Positions 23,635 to 37,407 are shown, counted from the stretch's first letter. The stretch is 64,000 nucleotides of DNA from Azolla caroliniana (GCA_043228905.1 JBHGNT010000006.1:11470001-11534000); one strand, 5' to 3'. Made by a program: numbers and translations. The notes: generated from the letters alone by a model not told the origin.

Positions 23635-25751
23635 TCTCGGTTATCGGAACCGAGGGAGTCGCGGTTACGCTCGTGGTTCGGCCTAACCGTCAAAAACTGG
23701 ACCGAATGGCGCCCGTCTTGGCTCTTGACCCGCGCATAGGCCGGACCATTGTCCAGCACCTTGGTTTCCATTCGCGCCGCCGTGATGTACGGCTCTCCCA
23801 GTATGACCGGATGCGAAGACGTCTCCTGCACGAAGAAGTGCTGGTCAATCTCGACGTCGCCGATCTTGACTCGCACATTCGGACAGGCCCCGTGCAGTTC
23901 CTCGGTGGCGCGCGTTGCTGCCCTTATTTTCCACCCGTGCTTGGTGTTGATCGGCCATTTGCCCTTCTTATAGAAGTCCATGGACATCAAATTGATCTCC
24001 GATCCGTGGTCTACCAAAGCTATCACCGGTTCCTGGACATCGCCGATCTTCACCGGGGTTTCCGTGGTCGCTCGGGCCCAGTGCGGTCTCGAATAGTGGC
24101 TTTCCGCCCACTCGTCTCCCAGCGCCATGTCGTCTAGGTGCGTCGTCCGCACTTCCACCGGTCTTTCCGGTTCTGTCTCCGCTGACAGCCTCTTCCGTTT
24201 CACCAAGTCCACGATGGAGTCGTGGAACTCCTTCTTGGCGATTCCCAGCACCTCCCGTAGCGACAGCTCCACCTTGCTGTCGAGGATCCGTTCCTCCAGG
24301 ACCTTTCGTAAGTCCGTGGTTCTTTCTATCTCCGTCCCCAGACGGTACCCGCCCTTCTGGGGTTTATCTTGCGTACCGGCCCCGCCGGCTTCGTCCCGTC
24401 GTGGCCCGGACCGGGTCTCGTATCGTTGTGAGGGCCCGGTCGCCCCGGGTTTCCCCACCCGCTTCTCTTCTACCAGAGCCTCGTAGTTCCGGCAAGCGGC
24501 TTCCACGAAGCCCGTCTTTTCCTCGACCGGGTCGCTCCACCCGGTCATCTCCCGTACCCGTTTCTCCGCACGGTCCGATTCCTCCCCTTTAAGCCTTGCA
24601 CCGGCAAGGCCTTCCAGCATCGTCGGCCAGAATCCGGCTTTGCTTTCCCTTCGGGCCTCGCCGCCCCCGACTCGAATGCCGGCCGACGCCGAGTAGTGGA
24701 CGGTTTCCGCGTGTCGGGCCGCCGCCTCTTCCATCAACCTTTTCATACCACCCTTTCCGTCGTTTCGGCTCAGGGCCCTTCGGGTGTCGCTGGCATGCAC
24801 CCGTCCTTCCCACAGGTACACCACCCTGTTCCTCAGCGCCTCCGCGAAGTCGCCGCAGTCCTTCCGAATGTGGCCGACTTCATCGCACCACATGCACCTG
24901 TTTCCTGCCGCCGGCCGTCGGTCACGAGCCGGTTCGCCTCCTTCCCTTCGGGCCTGCGCGATTTGGAGGTCCTTTATCGCCTTCGTCAATTCCTCCAGCG
25001 CCGCTCCTCCGGTTGAGCCTCTGACTACACCGGTCGAAGCCGAACCGGTATCCAACCACTCTCGGGTCTCTTCCTTTCGCACCTGTGGCGCTGGATCGAG
25101 CTTCCTTGCTGCGACCGAGCCCGACCCGGTTGCACCGTTATCCGCCCATTCTCGCCGTTTGTCGAAACGGCCACAGACCTTCCTGACAGCCGCCCAGTCC
25201 GTAGTGAGCCCGTCTTCGGTTTCCAGCAAGAGGCCCACGTGCTCCCGATCCCGTTCGTCGACCGACTTGACAAACAGCAAGACCCGGCTCGTGTCCAGGA
25301 TGGTTCGGTCGAGCGCCGAAAGGCGCGCAAAGTTTTCCTCGAACTCCCGGAGGAGCGCCGACGCGTTTCTTCCCTTCCCCGGGGACTCCACCCATTCCAT
25401 GAACCTTCGCTTCGAAAGCCGGAGCGCGTCGTCCAGCCCGTATTTCTCTAGGAGCCGACCTTCGAACTCCTCCCAGGTACGGCTCTCCGTCCGCACCTCG
25501 AGCACCTCCGCATGGATGCTCGGCATCGCCACTCGGGGAAATCCGGCAAGACGCCTTTCTTCCGGAATGTCCCGCATCAGCATCTCTGCACCGTAGGACG
25601 CCAAATACTTCGTGGCATCCTTCCCATCGAACCGGCCGATCGTGCCGACGACCGCCTCAATAGCTCTGTCGAGGGCACCGGTGATCTCGCGCGCGTTTAC
25701 AATCCGATCCACGGCCGAAGCCATGGCCTCTGCGAGATCCGACCCCCTCAT
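23625..25751 (-). CDS. Gypsy Gag-protease
   Basis: CMWCDEVGHIRKDC knuckle; ALVDHGSEINLM and ILGEP aspartic protease motifs; first ATG after the PBS is at 25751. Confidence 0.9.
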   Translation of the reverse strand: MRGSDLAEAMASAVDRIVNAREITGALDRAIEAVVGTIGRFDGKDATKYLASYGAEMLMRDIPEERRLAGFPRVAMPSIHAEVLEVRTESRTWEEFEGRLLEKYGLDDALRLSKRRFMEWVESPGKGRNASALLREFEENFARLSALDRTILDTSRVLLFVKSVDERDREHVGLLLETEDGLTTDWAAVRKVCGRFDKRREWADNGATGSGSVAARKLDPAPQVRKEETREWLDTGSASTGVVRGSTGGAALEELTKAIKDLQIAQARREGGEPARDRRPAAGNRCMWCDEVGHIRKDCGDFAEALRNRVVYLWEGRVHASDTRRALSRNDGKGGMKRLMEEAAARHAETVHYSASAGIRVGGGEARRESKAGFWPTMLEGLAGARLKGEESDRAEKRVREMTGWSDPVEEKTGFVEAACRNYEALVEEKRVGKPGATGPSQRYETRSGPRRDEAGGAGTQDKPQKGGYRLGTEIERTTDLRKVLEERILDSKVELSLREVLGIAKKEFHDSIVDLVKRKRLSAETEPERPVEVRTTHLDDMALGDEWAESHYSRPHWARATTETPVKIGDVQEPVIALVDHGSEINLMSMDFYKKGKWPINTKHGWKIRAATRATEELHGACPNVRVKIGDVEIDQHFFVQETSSHPVILGEPYITAARMETKVLDNGPAYARVKSQDGRHSVQFLTVRPNHERNRDSLGSDNREDF

Positions 25752-27237
25752 CTTCTGCTCTTCTGCCGCCTCTTTCACGTCGGGTTCACCAAAGATGTTG
25801 GGGTTGCTACGCCCTTGCGTGCAGAAAGGAGGAGGGACCACGGGGGTCTCGGACCGAAGAGCAAGAGAGAGAGGAGTAAGAGAGAGAGACCCGATTACAC
25901 AGAACCGAAGATTGCACAGGGACACGGCCCAACAAACAGAGATCACAAATAAACGCCTACGCAAATGGACGCAACAACGAAAGATATGTACTTATGAATG
26001 CAAGAAAATAACAGACTAAAGTATTACAACCCACGGTGGGGCACGAAATAGATACTAGCGAAAACGAACAGGGCGGCGAACAGATGCCGACCCCCTGTAT
26101 GTCGCGACGCACAGAAAGGGAAAACAGGTCGGAGGAGCTGCAGGACGCACTCGGGGCGTTCCACGGAACAGCGCAAGCCTCCTCCAAACCTGCACAGGTA
26201 CGCGATGGAGCAGAAGACAGAGAAAGCGGGAGTGAGAGAGAAGCCCCGAAATCGGTTTGGCAGCACCTCGTCCTCTCCGTGCGAGACCCCTGCAACAGCT
26301 CTTTCCTCCTCCTTATATAGGCCGACGAGCAGGCCGTCATGTCAGCTTTATTCCCTGTCCCTTTTGGACAGGGATCCGCTCCGTTCTTCACGCATCCGCG
26401 TAGTTACGCCGCCGATTCGTACAGTTCGCGCGCGTGATCGAAAAGACTGTTCGCGCGGTCTTTGTCTTTACTCGTGTTAGGGCCCGTTCCTGCCGACCAT
26501 CCTCCTAATTCGATTCTATGTACAACTTGGAGCGTGCGCGCGTGAAGAACCGGTTCCCACGCCTAGGTGCGCCGATTCCGCTTATGGACGGTTTTCTTCA
26601 CGACAACGTTCTGAGCGCCAACAAATGTTATGCCGTCAACCAGAACAGACGTACTCTTATGTAGTCGCAACGCCTCCACAAGTTTCCAGACCCATTACAA
26701 GGGATGCCCCAACTTTGATGGAAATAGAGTCAACACAACGTCAAGGGCCTTTATCAGATGCTGAGAAGCAACGACGTTGAGTGCACTGCCTATGCCTATA
26801 TTGCGACGGTCCAGGACATATAGTCGTGAATTGTCCACATAAACCTAGACATCAAGTACATATACCAAGTAAGTGCACATGACAACCCTACTTCAAGTTC
26901 CATTATTACTTCTAATAACATAAGTAAGCCTATATAGCCCATGCCATGAGAATAGATTCGATGTCTTGAGCCAATTAGAGGATGTGTTAAACGAGTAAGT
27001 CCGGCCAAAATAGGAGCCATTTGGTTGGACCATCCTAGATATATAGAGTTTGTTCCTAGTCGTGGTTCCATTTCATCAAATCAAGTTAGTAGAGTTTTTT
27101 GTACACAAGTTGAGCTTACCACATCTACATGTCATCGAGTCCTAGCCTCTACCCTCCTAGATTCTAGAACCAACTCTTGTTTCATGGATCATGAGTTTAC
27201 ATTGTCACAAAACATCCTCTTGAATAAGCTCCCGAAC

Positions 27238-27741
27238 TGTTGGGAAACATGTCCCTCCGGATGGGAAGAGAAGGACCATGTTGGTGAGTATCTCGGCTGA
27301 GGCCGAAATTGAAATTGAAATCAGAAATTGAAATTGAAATCGAAAGACTATAATTGTAAATAGTCAAAAATGCCTCTTGAGGGCTATACTTGTAAATAGC
27401 CAGAAAGTTACTTTAGTTTATAAGCAACTAGGGCAAACCTTATAGCTAGAGTTAGTTATCATCATCAGTTGTACAGAGTGAGAGTGAGAGAGATACAGAA
27501 TGAGTTTCTGTTGTAACCACCGGTTGCCGCAGACATAGAGCTCGAGGTCGTTGCCTTTAAGTCTCCCATTGTACCTCCTTTCTCATACAGTGATAGTTGG
27601 AGTCTGTGGGCTCCCATGGTTTTTCCCTGTTAGGGTTTTCCACGTAAACATCCCGCATCGTCTCTTCTGTATAAGTGTATTAACCTCCATTTCTGTTTTT
27701 GTTCTTCCATTAAGTGTTTGGGCCGAGCGTTATTCCTAACA
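27238..27741 (+). mobile_element. Solo LTR (copia-associated family)
   Basis: TG...CA termini, TSD CGAAC; similar to 32659-33529 and 37408-37908. Confidence 0.9.
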
Positions 27742-28217
27742 CGAACCCAATAGCCTTAGGAATCATTGATGGGCGTCCAATAGCATCAAGTGATATAGTC
27801 GAGGAGTCCGAGCCAATTCGTATAGTTCTTGGTGATTTGACAAGCATAATCTCTTTCAACATTATTCGTAGTCCAGAACACCCAGTAGTTCTAGGTCTCC
27901 CTTGGTTTGAACTCCATAACCCAAAGATTGATTGGATGAAAAGAACAATTGAGGAGACCCAGGAAAAACGAACAAAGCTCGCCTCCCTCAAATCTCCGAC
28001 ATCAGATACTGGATCCCATAAGTTATCGACCATCTCTCTACATCGGCTATGTGAGGAAGGGGGGAACGAGGACATGTTTGTATTCACAATTGTAGCAACT
28101 CCATCATCCACCTTATATGAAATGGACATTAAACTACCAGAAAATACAAAGAGTTCTCATATGTCTTTGATAAGGTAAAGGCCAATACATTGCTGGAGCA
28201 TCAACCATACAACCAGG

Positions 28218-28565
28218 TGTCATGAAGACATACATTTTGGCCTTACAAGGATTCGAGCCCGAGACGTCTTGGTCTATGTGTTAGACCTTTAACCATTATA
28301 ATAACATATATGATGTATAGTCATAATAAATGTATTATTAGTTACTACAAGATATTTAGAGTATTCTAGAACATTCTAGGATATTCTATGATTATATTAA
28401 ATATCATAAATATCTAAAATATTCTAGAATACTCCATAAGGACCTATAAATAGGTGTCTATTCATTCATCACAACTCATTCGGTTCAACACTAGTTTGTA
28501 GCCCCTTAGCCTACTCTTTGTAATACTTGCTCTCTTATAATATAAACTGTCTTTCCATTTCTAGT

Positions 28566-28613
<48 letters not shown>

Positions 28614-28662
28614 CCTTCTATCATCATCTTATCTTTCTCTCTCCTATTCTCAAGTCTCGACA
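28218..28662 (+). mobile_element. Solo LTR related to the Tcn1-like LTR
   Basis: TGTCATGA...GACA termini, TSD CCAGG/CCATG, HSE-like TTCTAGAA array, TATA at ~28445. Confidence 0.85.
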
Positions 28663-31600
28663 CCATGGAAAGAACCTCCATGGGGGCCAATTTATAATCT
28701 CTCACCTGTAGAGCTAGAGACTTTGCGGGAATATATCGACGAGAATCTGGCAAATGGATTCATTCGGCATTCTAGATCCCCTACTGGTGCACCTATCTTC
28801 TTCATTAAGAAAAAGAATGGGTCTCTCTTGGTTGGTCATGGATTATCGAGGGTTAAACAAAGTGACTATTTGGAATATATATGCTCTACCATTAATCCCG
28901 AATCTTTTGGAACGTCTCAGTGGAGCAAAATATTTCACGAAGTTGGACCTTTCCGGTGCATATAATCTAGTTTAGATTCATCCGAGGGATGAATGGAAGA
29001 CTGCTTTTCGCACTCGCTATGGACATTTCGAGTATATTGTGATGTCGTTTGGTCTCACAAATGCACCTGCAATTTTCCAGCATATGACGAATGATATTTT
29101 ACAAGACTTTCTTGATATCTTCACTATATTCTACCTAAATGACATTTTGATCTACTCGAAGACCCAAGAGGAGCATGATAAACATGTTCGTCATGTACTA
29201 CGTTGACTACGGGAATATGGTCTCCACGCAAAATTAGAAAAGTGTAGTTTCAACCAGAATCAAGTGGAATTTTTGGGGTATGTTGTATCATTAGATGATA
29301 TTTCTATGGACCCCATGAAGGTTCAAGCAATTTTAGATTGGCTGACGGCCCTTTCAGTGCACAATGTGCAATGTTTTCTTGGGTTTGTAAATTTTTATCG
29401 GAAATTTATTAAAAATTATTCGAAGGTCGTGCTTCCACTCACTCCACTCACACACAAAAATCAACCATTCATATGGAGTTCAGATGCAGCTGAGGCATTT
29501 GAAAGTTTAAAACGAGCGTTTACATCGACACCTATTTTAGCACATGTCAACCCAACAAAACGCTTCATCCTTGAAGCTAATGAATCTGAATTTACACTAG
29601 GGAGTGTCCTATCACAAATCGGAGATGACATACAACTACACCCTGTCGCCTTTCATTCTCGAAAGTTTGAAGCTGTAGAGATGAACTACAAGATCCACGA
29701 CAAAGAACTTCTTGCAATTGTGGATTCTTTTCAAGAATGGTGACATTTTCTGGAAGGTTCTTCTCAGCGGATCATTGCCTATAATGATCATAAGAACTTG
29801 ACATATTTCCAAAATGCTCGACTCTTGAGTCGTCGACAAGCCTAGTGGGCACAATTTTTTTCTCACTTTGACTTTGTAATCATATATGGATACAACAAGG
29901 CAAAGCATATGCTCTTTCTCGACGCTCTTATATGGAACTTCGTCCAGGGGAACCTGCATTTGAGCATAAAAAACAAATCCTTTTGGGTCCTAATCGCCTA
30001 TGATTAATGGCAGTTAATGTCATGACAACACTTGAAGATTCCACTCTTCTTGATTCCATTCAAGATCATATGACCACTGATGAAATCACCAATGATGTTT
30101 TGGATCATATCGTCCCCGATCGTGCTTCTTGCTCGCAATCGAAAAATACTCGTCATGACTATCATCAATTCTATTGGCACGGTGGGTTTCTGTTTCGACA
30201 AAACCTATTGTATGTTCCTGATGGTCCCCCATGAATACAAGTTTTACAACATTGCCATGACACACCAATGGCTGGACATTTTGGAGTTCGCAAAACTCTA
30301 GAATTAGTTTCTCGACAATATTGGTGGCCTCACCTTCGTCATTTTGTTGACGAGTATGTTCGCAGATGTGATACATGTTGTCGATCAAAGAGTTCTCGAC
30401 ACCGATCCTATGGCTTACTACAACCACTTCCCATTCCTGAAAATCCTTGGAAGTCGATATCCTTGGATTTCATTACCGATCTCCCAGTTTCGAAAGGTTT
30501 TCATGCAGTTCTCACGGTGGTCGATCGACTTACCAAAATGACACATTTCTTCCCATGTACGAAGTCTATTACTAGTCAAGAGGCGGTCGATCTAGTTATG
30601 TGGGAGGTATTCAGGCATCATGGTCTTTCGGATGATATTATTAGTGATCGTGTTCCACAATTCATCTCAAAGTTTTGGAAGCACATGTTCAAACTTCTTA
30701 GAATTTCGGCTAAGCTTTCTTTGGGCTATCATCCCGAGACTAATGGCCAAACTGAGCGTACCGACCAAACTTTGGAGCAATATCTTCCTTGTTTCATCAA
30801 CTACCAACAAGATGATTGGGTTGATTTTTTCCACTTGGCTGAATTCACTTACAACAACTCAGTCCATTCTTCAACGGGATATTCCCCATTTTTTGCCGAT
30901 ACGGGTTGTCATCCTTAGAGGACAATGAATGCGCATCCGGAAGTTCCTACCAACCCTGTTGCGGAGGACCGTCCTAGTCGCCTCCAAGAAATTCACGCTA
31001 CCATTCTCCACAATTTGCATGATGATCAAGTTACACACGAGAGGCTTGTGTATCGTCATCGCCTAGACTCCTGCAAAATGTTTCATGTTGGGTATCATGT
31101 ATGGCTTCTCCAACACAACATCAAGACCACTAGGCCTTGTGATAAATTGGATTACCAACGTTTTGGCCCGTACATGAGCACTAGTAAGATAAGTGATGTT
31201 GCATTTCGTTTTCGCCTCCCTCCACACATGCGTCTTCATCTGATGTTTCATGTATCCCTTTTGGAACCTTACACCACAAGTTCAATTCTAGGTTGTCTTA
31301 CAATAGGGATCTATTAATCATCCCAAAACCAAATTGGTTCAACGCCATTCTATAGCTCCCTATTTCCTACTCTTTGTAATCCATCTTATAGTGCAATACA
31401 ATAATTTCCTCTCAATTCTCTCTCGAAAAGAATTGGAGAGTCAACATATGAACAAAGGTGATTCTATGGACAATTTTCTTACAAAAATTAGAGATTTAAT
31501 GGAACAATTAATTTTTGATGATAAAATAATACCAGATAGTTCACTTCTTTAGACCATTCTAAATGGTTTTCCTAATTCATATAAGAGTTTTGCTTCTACT

Positions 31601-32658
31601 CTTCGTTTAATAATGAAAGGTAATCCCAATGCCTTATCATTCGAGGAGTTAGTTTTTGTTTTGTTCCACAAAGATCAGTCTAGGCAAAATAGGTCTATTA
31701 TCCGTGTAGATTAAGCTTTCCTAGCTAGTTAGAAGGGCAAAGGTAAATGCAACTCATTTGCTAGCAAGCAGAGATTTGCCAATACTTCACAAGTGAATGA
31801 AAAAAACCAAGACTAGAAACAAAAACTGTTTTGCAAATACTGTAAAGGAAATGATCATATTATAAAAAATTGTCCAAAATTGGCTACAAAAGAGGCAGGA
31901 CTAGTTGTTGCAAAAGTATCTGCACCAGAAACAAACTCTGCAAATCTTGTGTAGAATGAAGAATGTGCATTTACTATTGTTTGCAGTTTTGACCCATCTT
32001 CACTTCAACAATCTATTTCTGTTGTAGAACCAGATGTTTATTACTTTGATAGTGGGGCCACCAAATATATTACCTCGCAACACAATTTCTTCACTTCATT
32101 GGAGCTTGCCCATACAAGGAATACTGTCACATGCACCAACAACTCATCTTATCTAGTTATGAGTGATGGTAAGTTCATTTTAACTACTACTGATGGTAGT
32201 CCTTTCACTTTGTGAGATGTTTTGCTTGTGTTGGGGATCCAGAAAAATTTGTTGCCAGTTTCAGCATTAGCCAAGATTGGCTTGGTTGTTAAAATTGTTG
32301 ATGACTGGTGTACAATTCATGATTTGTCCAATGGCGATGTTATTATTACTTCTGGCGTTTTATGTCGTGGGTTGTATTAGCGCATAGATTATGAAAGATC
32401 TATAAATGATTTAGCGTGTGCAATACATGATTCTCAGGCTATTTCAGATGCAACGGTTTGGCATGCACGCTTAGGTCATCTAAATTTTGCGAGTTTGTTG
32501 TGCCTGGAGAAATCTGAAATGGTGTCCTCCTTGCCCAAAGTTGAGGCACCTCGAAAGCATGTATGTGAAGGTTGTATTTTGGGCAAAATGTAGCATTCAT
32601 TCTTTCCAAAAGATGGTTTAGTGAGCTACGCAGAAATTGCAGCTTGTTCATAGTGATG

Positions 32659-33203
32659 TGTTAGGAAACAGGTCCCTCCGGATGGGAAGTGAGAAGAACA
32701 GTACTGTTGAGCAAACTCGGCCGAGGCCGAAACCGAAACCGGATGTGGAGTACCCGACTACGGAAGACCCGGTGAGAACCGGATGACAAGTACCCGGCTA
32801 CGGAAGACCCGGTGAGAACCGGATGACAAGTACCCGACTACGGAAGACCCGGTGAGAACCGGATGACAAGTACCCGGCTACGGAAGACCCGGTGAGAACC
32901 GGATGACAAGTACTCGGCAACGGAAGACCTGGTGAGAACCGGATGACGAGTACCTGGCAAGAGCCGGATGGTGAAGACCCGGTGAGAATCGGATGACGTG
33001 TGCCGGCAAGCGCCGGATGATGCAGGCCCGGTGAGGAGTGCTCACCGGATGAAGGGACATATTCGTAAATATGTTTCTGAGAGTCCATCGGGGTTATATT
33101 TGTAAATAGCCGAAAAGTCATATTAGTATAAATATGACTTAGGGCAAACTTAGTAAAGGGGTTGTTGTCATTCTTGTTGGCGCAAGATTAGAGCGCAACA
33201 GTG

Positions 33204-33257
<54 letters not shown>

Positions 33258-33529
33258 GAGGTCGTTGCCTCTGTTGTAACCGCCGCCTGTGGCGAAGATA
33301 GCAAGCTCGAGGTCGTTGCCTCGGTGCTTCACTATTGTACATTCTGATATAGTGATAGTTTGCAGTCTATGGGCTGCCGTGGTTTTTCCCTAGTTTGGGT
33401 TTTCCACGTAAACATCCTGTGTACTCTTCTCTCCATTGTGTCGTGCATTCATTCCCGTTTTTCCTGTGTTTGATTCTAAGCTTGGTTCTGGCCGAGCGTT
33501 GTTCATCGGGAGCGTGTAGTTCCCTGTCA
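32659..33529 (+). mobile_element. Solo LTR with an internal 40-bp minisatellite
   Basis: TSD TGATG; TG...CA termini. Confidence 0.9.
32750..33052. repeat. 40-bp tandem repeat (agtacccgactacggaagacccggtgagaaccggatgaca), about 5 good copies plus degenerate ones
   Basis: Directly visible tandem units. Confidence 0.9.
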
Positions 33530-35220
33530 TGATGTCTATGGTCCTATGCAAACACATTCTCTTGGGAACTATCTTTACTATGTGACTTTCATTGATGACA
33601 TTTCCAGACATGCATGGGTATATCCATTGAAGGCAAAGTTTGAAGTGTTTCTGTGCTTCAAAAGTTTCTAGCTTTGGCTAAAAATCTATCACCATGTAAA
33701 ATGAGCACCCTCTGTTCTAATCAAGTGGGGGATTATATGTCTTTTGATTTTAATCCATTTCTGGCTGAACTTGGGATAAAACATCAGTGTACAATGCCCT
33801 ATACACCTCAACAGAATGGTGTTGCTGAAAGAAATAATAGGTCATTCATGGAAATGGCACGGTGTATGGTCAAAAGTCAGACTTTACCACATAGTTTTTG
33901 GCTTGAGGTTGTTATGTGTGCAGCATATGTACTTAACAAGTGTCCCACTAAATCACTGCACTCTATCACTCCATATGAGGCTTGGCATGGACACGAGCCA
34001 TCTATTGCTATCCGCGTGTTTTTCGTTGGTTGGCATATGCATTAGTGCCTAAACAACAACACAAAAAATTGGATGATAAAGTAGTGAAGCGTATTTTTGT
34101 TGGATACAGTTTTGAAAGTAATGGCTATCATTTGTATCATCCATAGACGAAACACATTCTGGTTAGCCGTGATGTTTTTTTGGAGGATGTAATTCAGCCA
34201 TTGCTTTCATGTACTAAGGAGACATCAGTTAGTTCCAGCGATGTGTATGACACTTTTCTACCTCTTTTTACAAGTGGACAGTTAAGCGTTGGCTCACTTG
34301 AGGCACTTTCTCAGCCTTTGGAAGCTACTCATAATGATGCAGATCATTCCATTTTTTATGCAGACTTACATGATGTACTTACTGATGAGAGGGCTAATAT
34401 AAAGGAGGAAAAGATTGTGCCTAAATGGCTGGTGCAAGATTTTGCAAGGTAGCAAATTAGATGTTCCACTGTCATATTGTACCCGTTCAGGTTCTCATAG
34501 TGTTTCTTTTGCATCAAATTGTTAGGTTATGGTTGTCTCTAGTTATTGTGATGAGAATGAGCTTGTTTCTTTTGATGAAGCCCAAAATTCAGAAAATTGG
34601 ATGGTTGTTATGCAATCAGAATATGATGCTATTATGAAGACTTGTACATGGTCTTTTAGTGACTTGCCTCCTATCAAGAAGGCTATTGGCACTAAATGGG
34701 TATAAAAGCTGAAGCATAAACCTGATGGAACAATTGACATGTATAAGTCTAGGATTGTTGCGAAAGGTTATGCCCAAGAAAAAGGCATTGATTTTGATTA
34801 GACCTTTGCTCCCACCTGCATATGAGTACTATTCGTAGCATCTGTGCAATTGCAACTCATCGTGGTCGGAATGTACATCAGATAGATATTAAAACAAAAT
34901 TTCTAAATGGTGGTCTTCATGAGGAAGTGTATGTATATTCAGCCCCATGGTTTTGTGCAAAATGGGCATGAACATAAAGTGCGCATGTTGAGAAAGGCAT
35001 TATATGGCTTGAAGCAAGTACCGCGTTCTTGGTATGAAAAGATACATGCCTATTTGATTGCATTTGGTTTTGAGAATAGTCCACTTGAAAGAACCTTATA
35101 TGTTACGTGTGTTGATGATGTATTTATGATCATAGTTGTTTATGTCGATGACATATTGCTCATTGGTCCCTATAAAGGATCAGATGGATTCTGTGTAGTG
35201 GAAGAACCGTATGTGTGTGT

Positions 35221-35264
<44 letters not shown>

Positions 35265-36756
35265 CAAAAAAATAGAAAACTGTATTACAAGGAAGCAAGA
35301 ATGACCAACAGTTACAAAGAGAAGGAGAAGGTGCTTATGTAGTCACCTTCCCTCTAGGTTCTCTCACTAGAGGCGCCTCTTGGGAAAGAGGTCGAGCCTT
35401 AACTATGTCATAGTACATTAACTTCTATGACACACTAGTTACTATACAAGGAGGTGGGGTGGTCACACACTTGAGTATCGTATAGTGTGTTCACACACAT
35501 GGGAAGTTGAGTTTGATTCTCAACACACCTCTTCAAACACAACTTCCGATTGTCGGATGGTTCGTTCAGACTGGTCTTCGGGTCGACTTGAGTCGACTCT
35601 GGCTTCAACTTCAAATGGTTGGTTGACTCCTGCTGCTCCTCGCTCCCCCTCAAGCTCGGCTAGTTGATGATCAAAAGACCTAGGTTTGTCGTGAACTGTC
35701 GCAACTTGTCACCTCTGAGTGCCTTCGTGAAGATCTTGTTGTCTACAAGGTCATACTTATGTGTTGTAGGTCGATATCTCCAGCCAGGACACGTTCTTGG
35801 ATGAAATGGTAGTGCACCTCAATGTGCTTAGTCCAAGCGTGGAAGACTGGGTTCCAAGCGAGGTGAATATTGCTCATGTTGTCGAAGTAAAGGAGAATCG
35901 GATCCTTGATGGGAACGCCCAGATCCTTAAAGATTCTCTTGAGCCAAACGGCTTCACATGCGGTAATGGCCGTGCCCATGTATTCAGCTTCGGTGCTCGA
36001 TTGTGCAACTTTCAACTGCTTTTTTCTGCTCCAGGAGATGGCTCCGCTGTCGAGGGAGAAGACGACCCTGAGGTTGATCGTCTATCGGCTTTGTAGTCGG
36101 CCCAATTGGCATCTGTGTACCCTTCGAGTCGTATTGGTGGATGCCGAAGTCCATGGTTCCACTCACATACCTTAGCACTCGCTTAGCACAGTCCAGATGG
36201 ATGTCTCGTGGAGTTTGCATAAATTGGCTAAGGAGGCCGACCGGGTAACTCAGGTCGGGTCGGGTAATTGTGAGGTAGATGAGGCTTCCAACTAACTGAC
36301 AAAAGAGCATCGACTCACACTCTCTTGGGCCTGAGTTGGCATCAAGTTTTAGATTTCGATTGGAGGGGTAGTGATGGGTTTACACTGTGTCATCCCAAAC
36401 TTGTAAAGAAGATTGAGGATATAGTGTCTTTGAGAAAGCATGATACCGTAAGAGTTCGAATTACTTCTATTCCTAAAAAATAATGAAGCTCCTTCATGTC
36501 TTTCATTTCGAATCAGCTAGAGAGTAGCCTTTTGGTATGTTTGATGTCCTCGAGGTGCTCTCCTCCAATGACCAGATCGTCCACATAAATTATGAGCAAT
36601 AATTATCCTCTGGAGTCATTTTGAATGAATAGAGAATTGTTGGACTTGGACATTCGAAAGCCAAATTGGTGAAGATATTGCATTATCTTTGAATGCCATG
36701 CTCTCTATGCTTGCTTGAGACCGTAGAGAGGCTTTCTGAGTCGGCAATTACGCGAA

Positions 36757-37407
36757 GCACGTGACATAGAAAACACCGAGAGTCGGGCAAAACAAAAACT
36801 ATATTCAGAGCTGTATCCAATAATTCTACGCGCCTTTTTACAAGTTTTCCATGCCCTTTATATATCGAGTCATGGTCGGTTACGCTTGGCATGTGAACCG
36901 TTACATGCATTCATAACACTCTATTATTTTCTACGGCAACCACTATTTCCTCATGATTACGTTACGACTCATAACCGTCCCTGCGTCTTTCCTTTCCTTC
37001 GCTTTTTCCCACTTGGCTGACCAAGGCGGCCAACACATGGCATGCCTGTGGGACAGTGCTGGCACGATCGGACCCACCCCAACCCTTCACTCATCGTAAA
37101 AAATGTCCAGGATGTTCGGCTTTGGATGGTCAGTTTCGGTAGTCGCGACGGGGGTTATCGGAGGTTGTGTTGTAGGTGCAGCATCGATAGGCTCGGTCGC
37201 TTCTATGGGTGCGAGATCAGGGAATCCGCTCGGTTTTGTTGGCGCGAGATCAGGGAGGTTGTTGAGTCTCGTCTGCTCCGGTGCCGCCTCTTGCGATTGC
37301 GCCGGCTGCGGTCCTTCGTCCGTGGGAACACTGGTCGGCGCCCATTCTGGGCGCACGTCTTCGGTCGGGCCTGTAGTCTCTTGTATCGACTCCTCGTGTG
37401 GGACATC
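36757..37407 (-). mobile_element. Unclassified retroelement 3' fragment (proline-rich ORF end, PPT-like tract, partial LTR)
   Basis: ORF 37087-37356 is followed by gaagggttggggtggg on the minus strand; no diagnostic domain. Confidence 0.4.

Larger units (their letters stand above)
19274..26605 (-). mobile_element. Young, apparently intact non-chromovirus Ty3/gypsy; 810-bp LTRs at 19274-20083 and 25796-26605; tRNA-Trp PBS
   Basis: 4-bp TSD ACGT; only 2 LTR differences seen; PBS tggtgaacccgacgtg at 25776-25791; PPT ggtgggggcgga; uninterrupted ORFs. Confidence 0.97.
17852..31422 (+). mobile_element. Degenerate Ty3/gypsy of Tcn1/Tf1-sushi (chromovirus) type; 5' LTR ~17852-18501, partial 3' LTR 31303-31422
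   Basis: Sushi-like gag (EPKVSLPTKFDG) from 18575, protease ~27150-27950, RT ~28670-29300, RNase H (HDKELLAIV), integrase 30268-31280; no chromodomain seen because the 3' end is deleted; clade assigned from recalled motifs. Confidence 0.85.

Noticed and set aside
19996-25952. Many long plus-strand and alternate-frame ORFs over the gypsy element
   Set aside because: Shadow ORFs of GC-rich gag/pol with no independent motifs.
25752-25964. N-terminal extension of the 779-aa gag ORF
   Set aside because: It runs through the PBS and LTR; the first ATG after the PBS is the more plausible start.
32750-33052. Regularly spaced 40-bp repeats resembling a CRISPR array
   Set aside because: Head-to-tail minisatellite with no unique spacers, inside a eukaryotic LTR; no cas genes.
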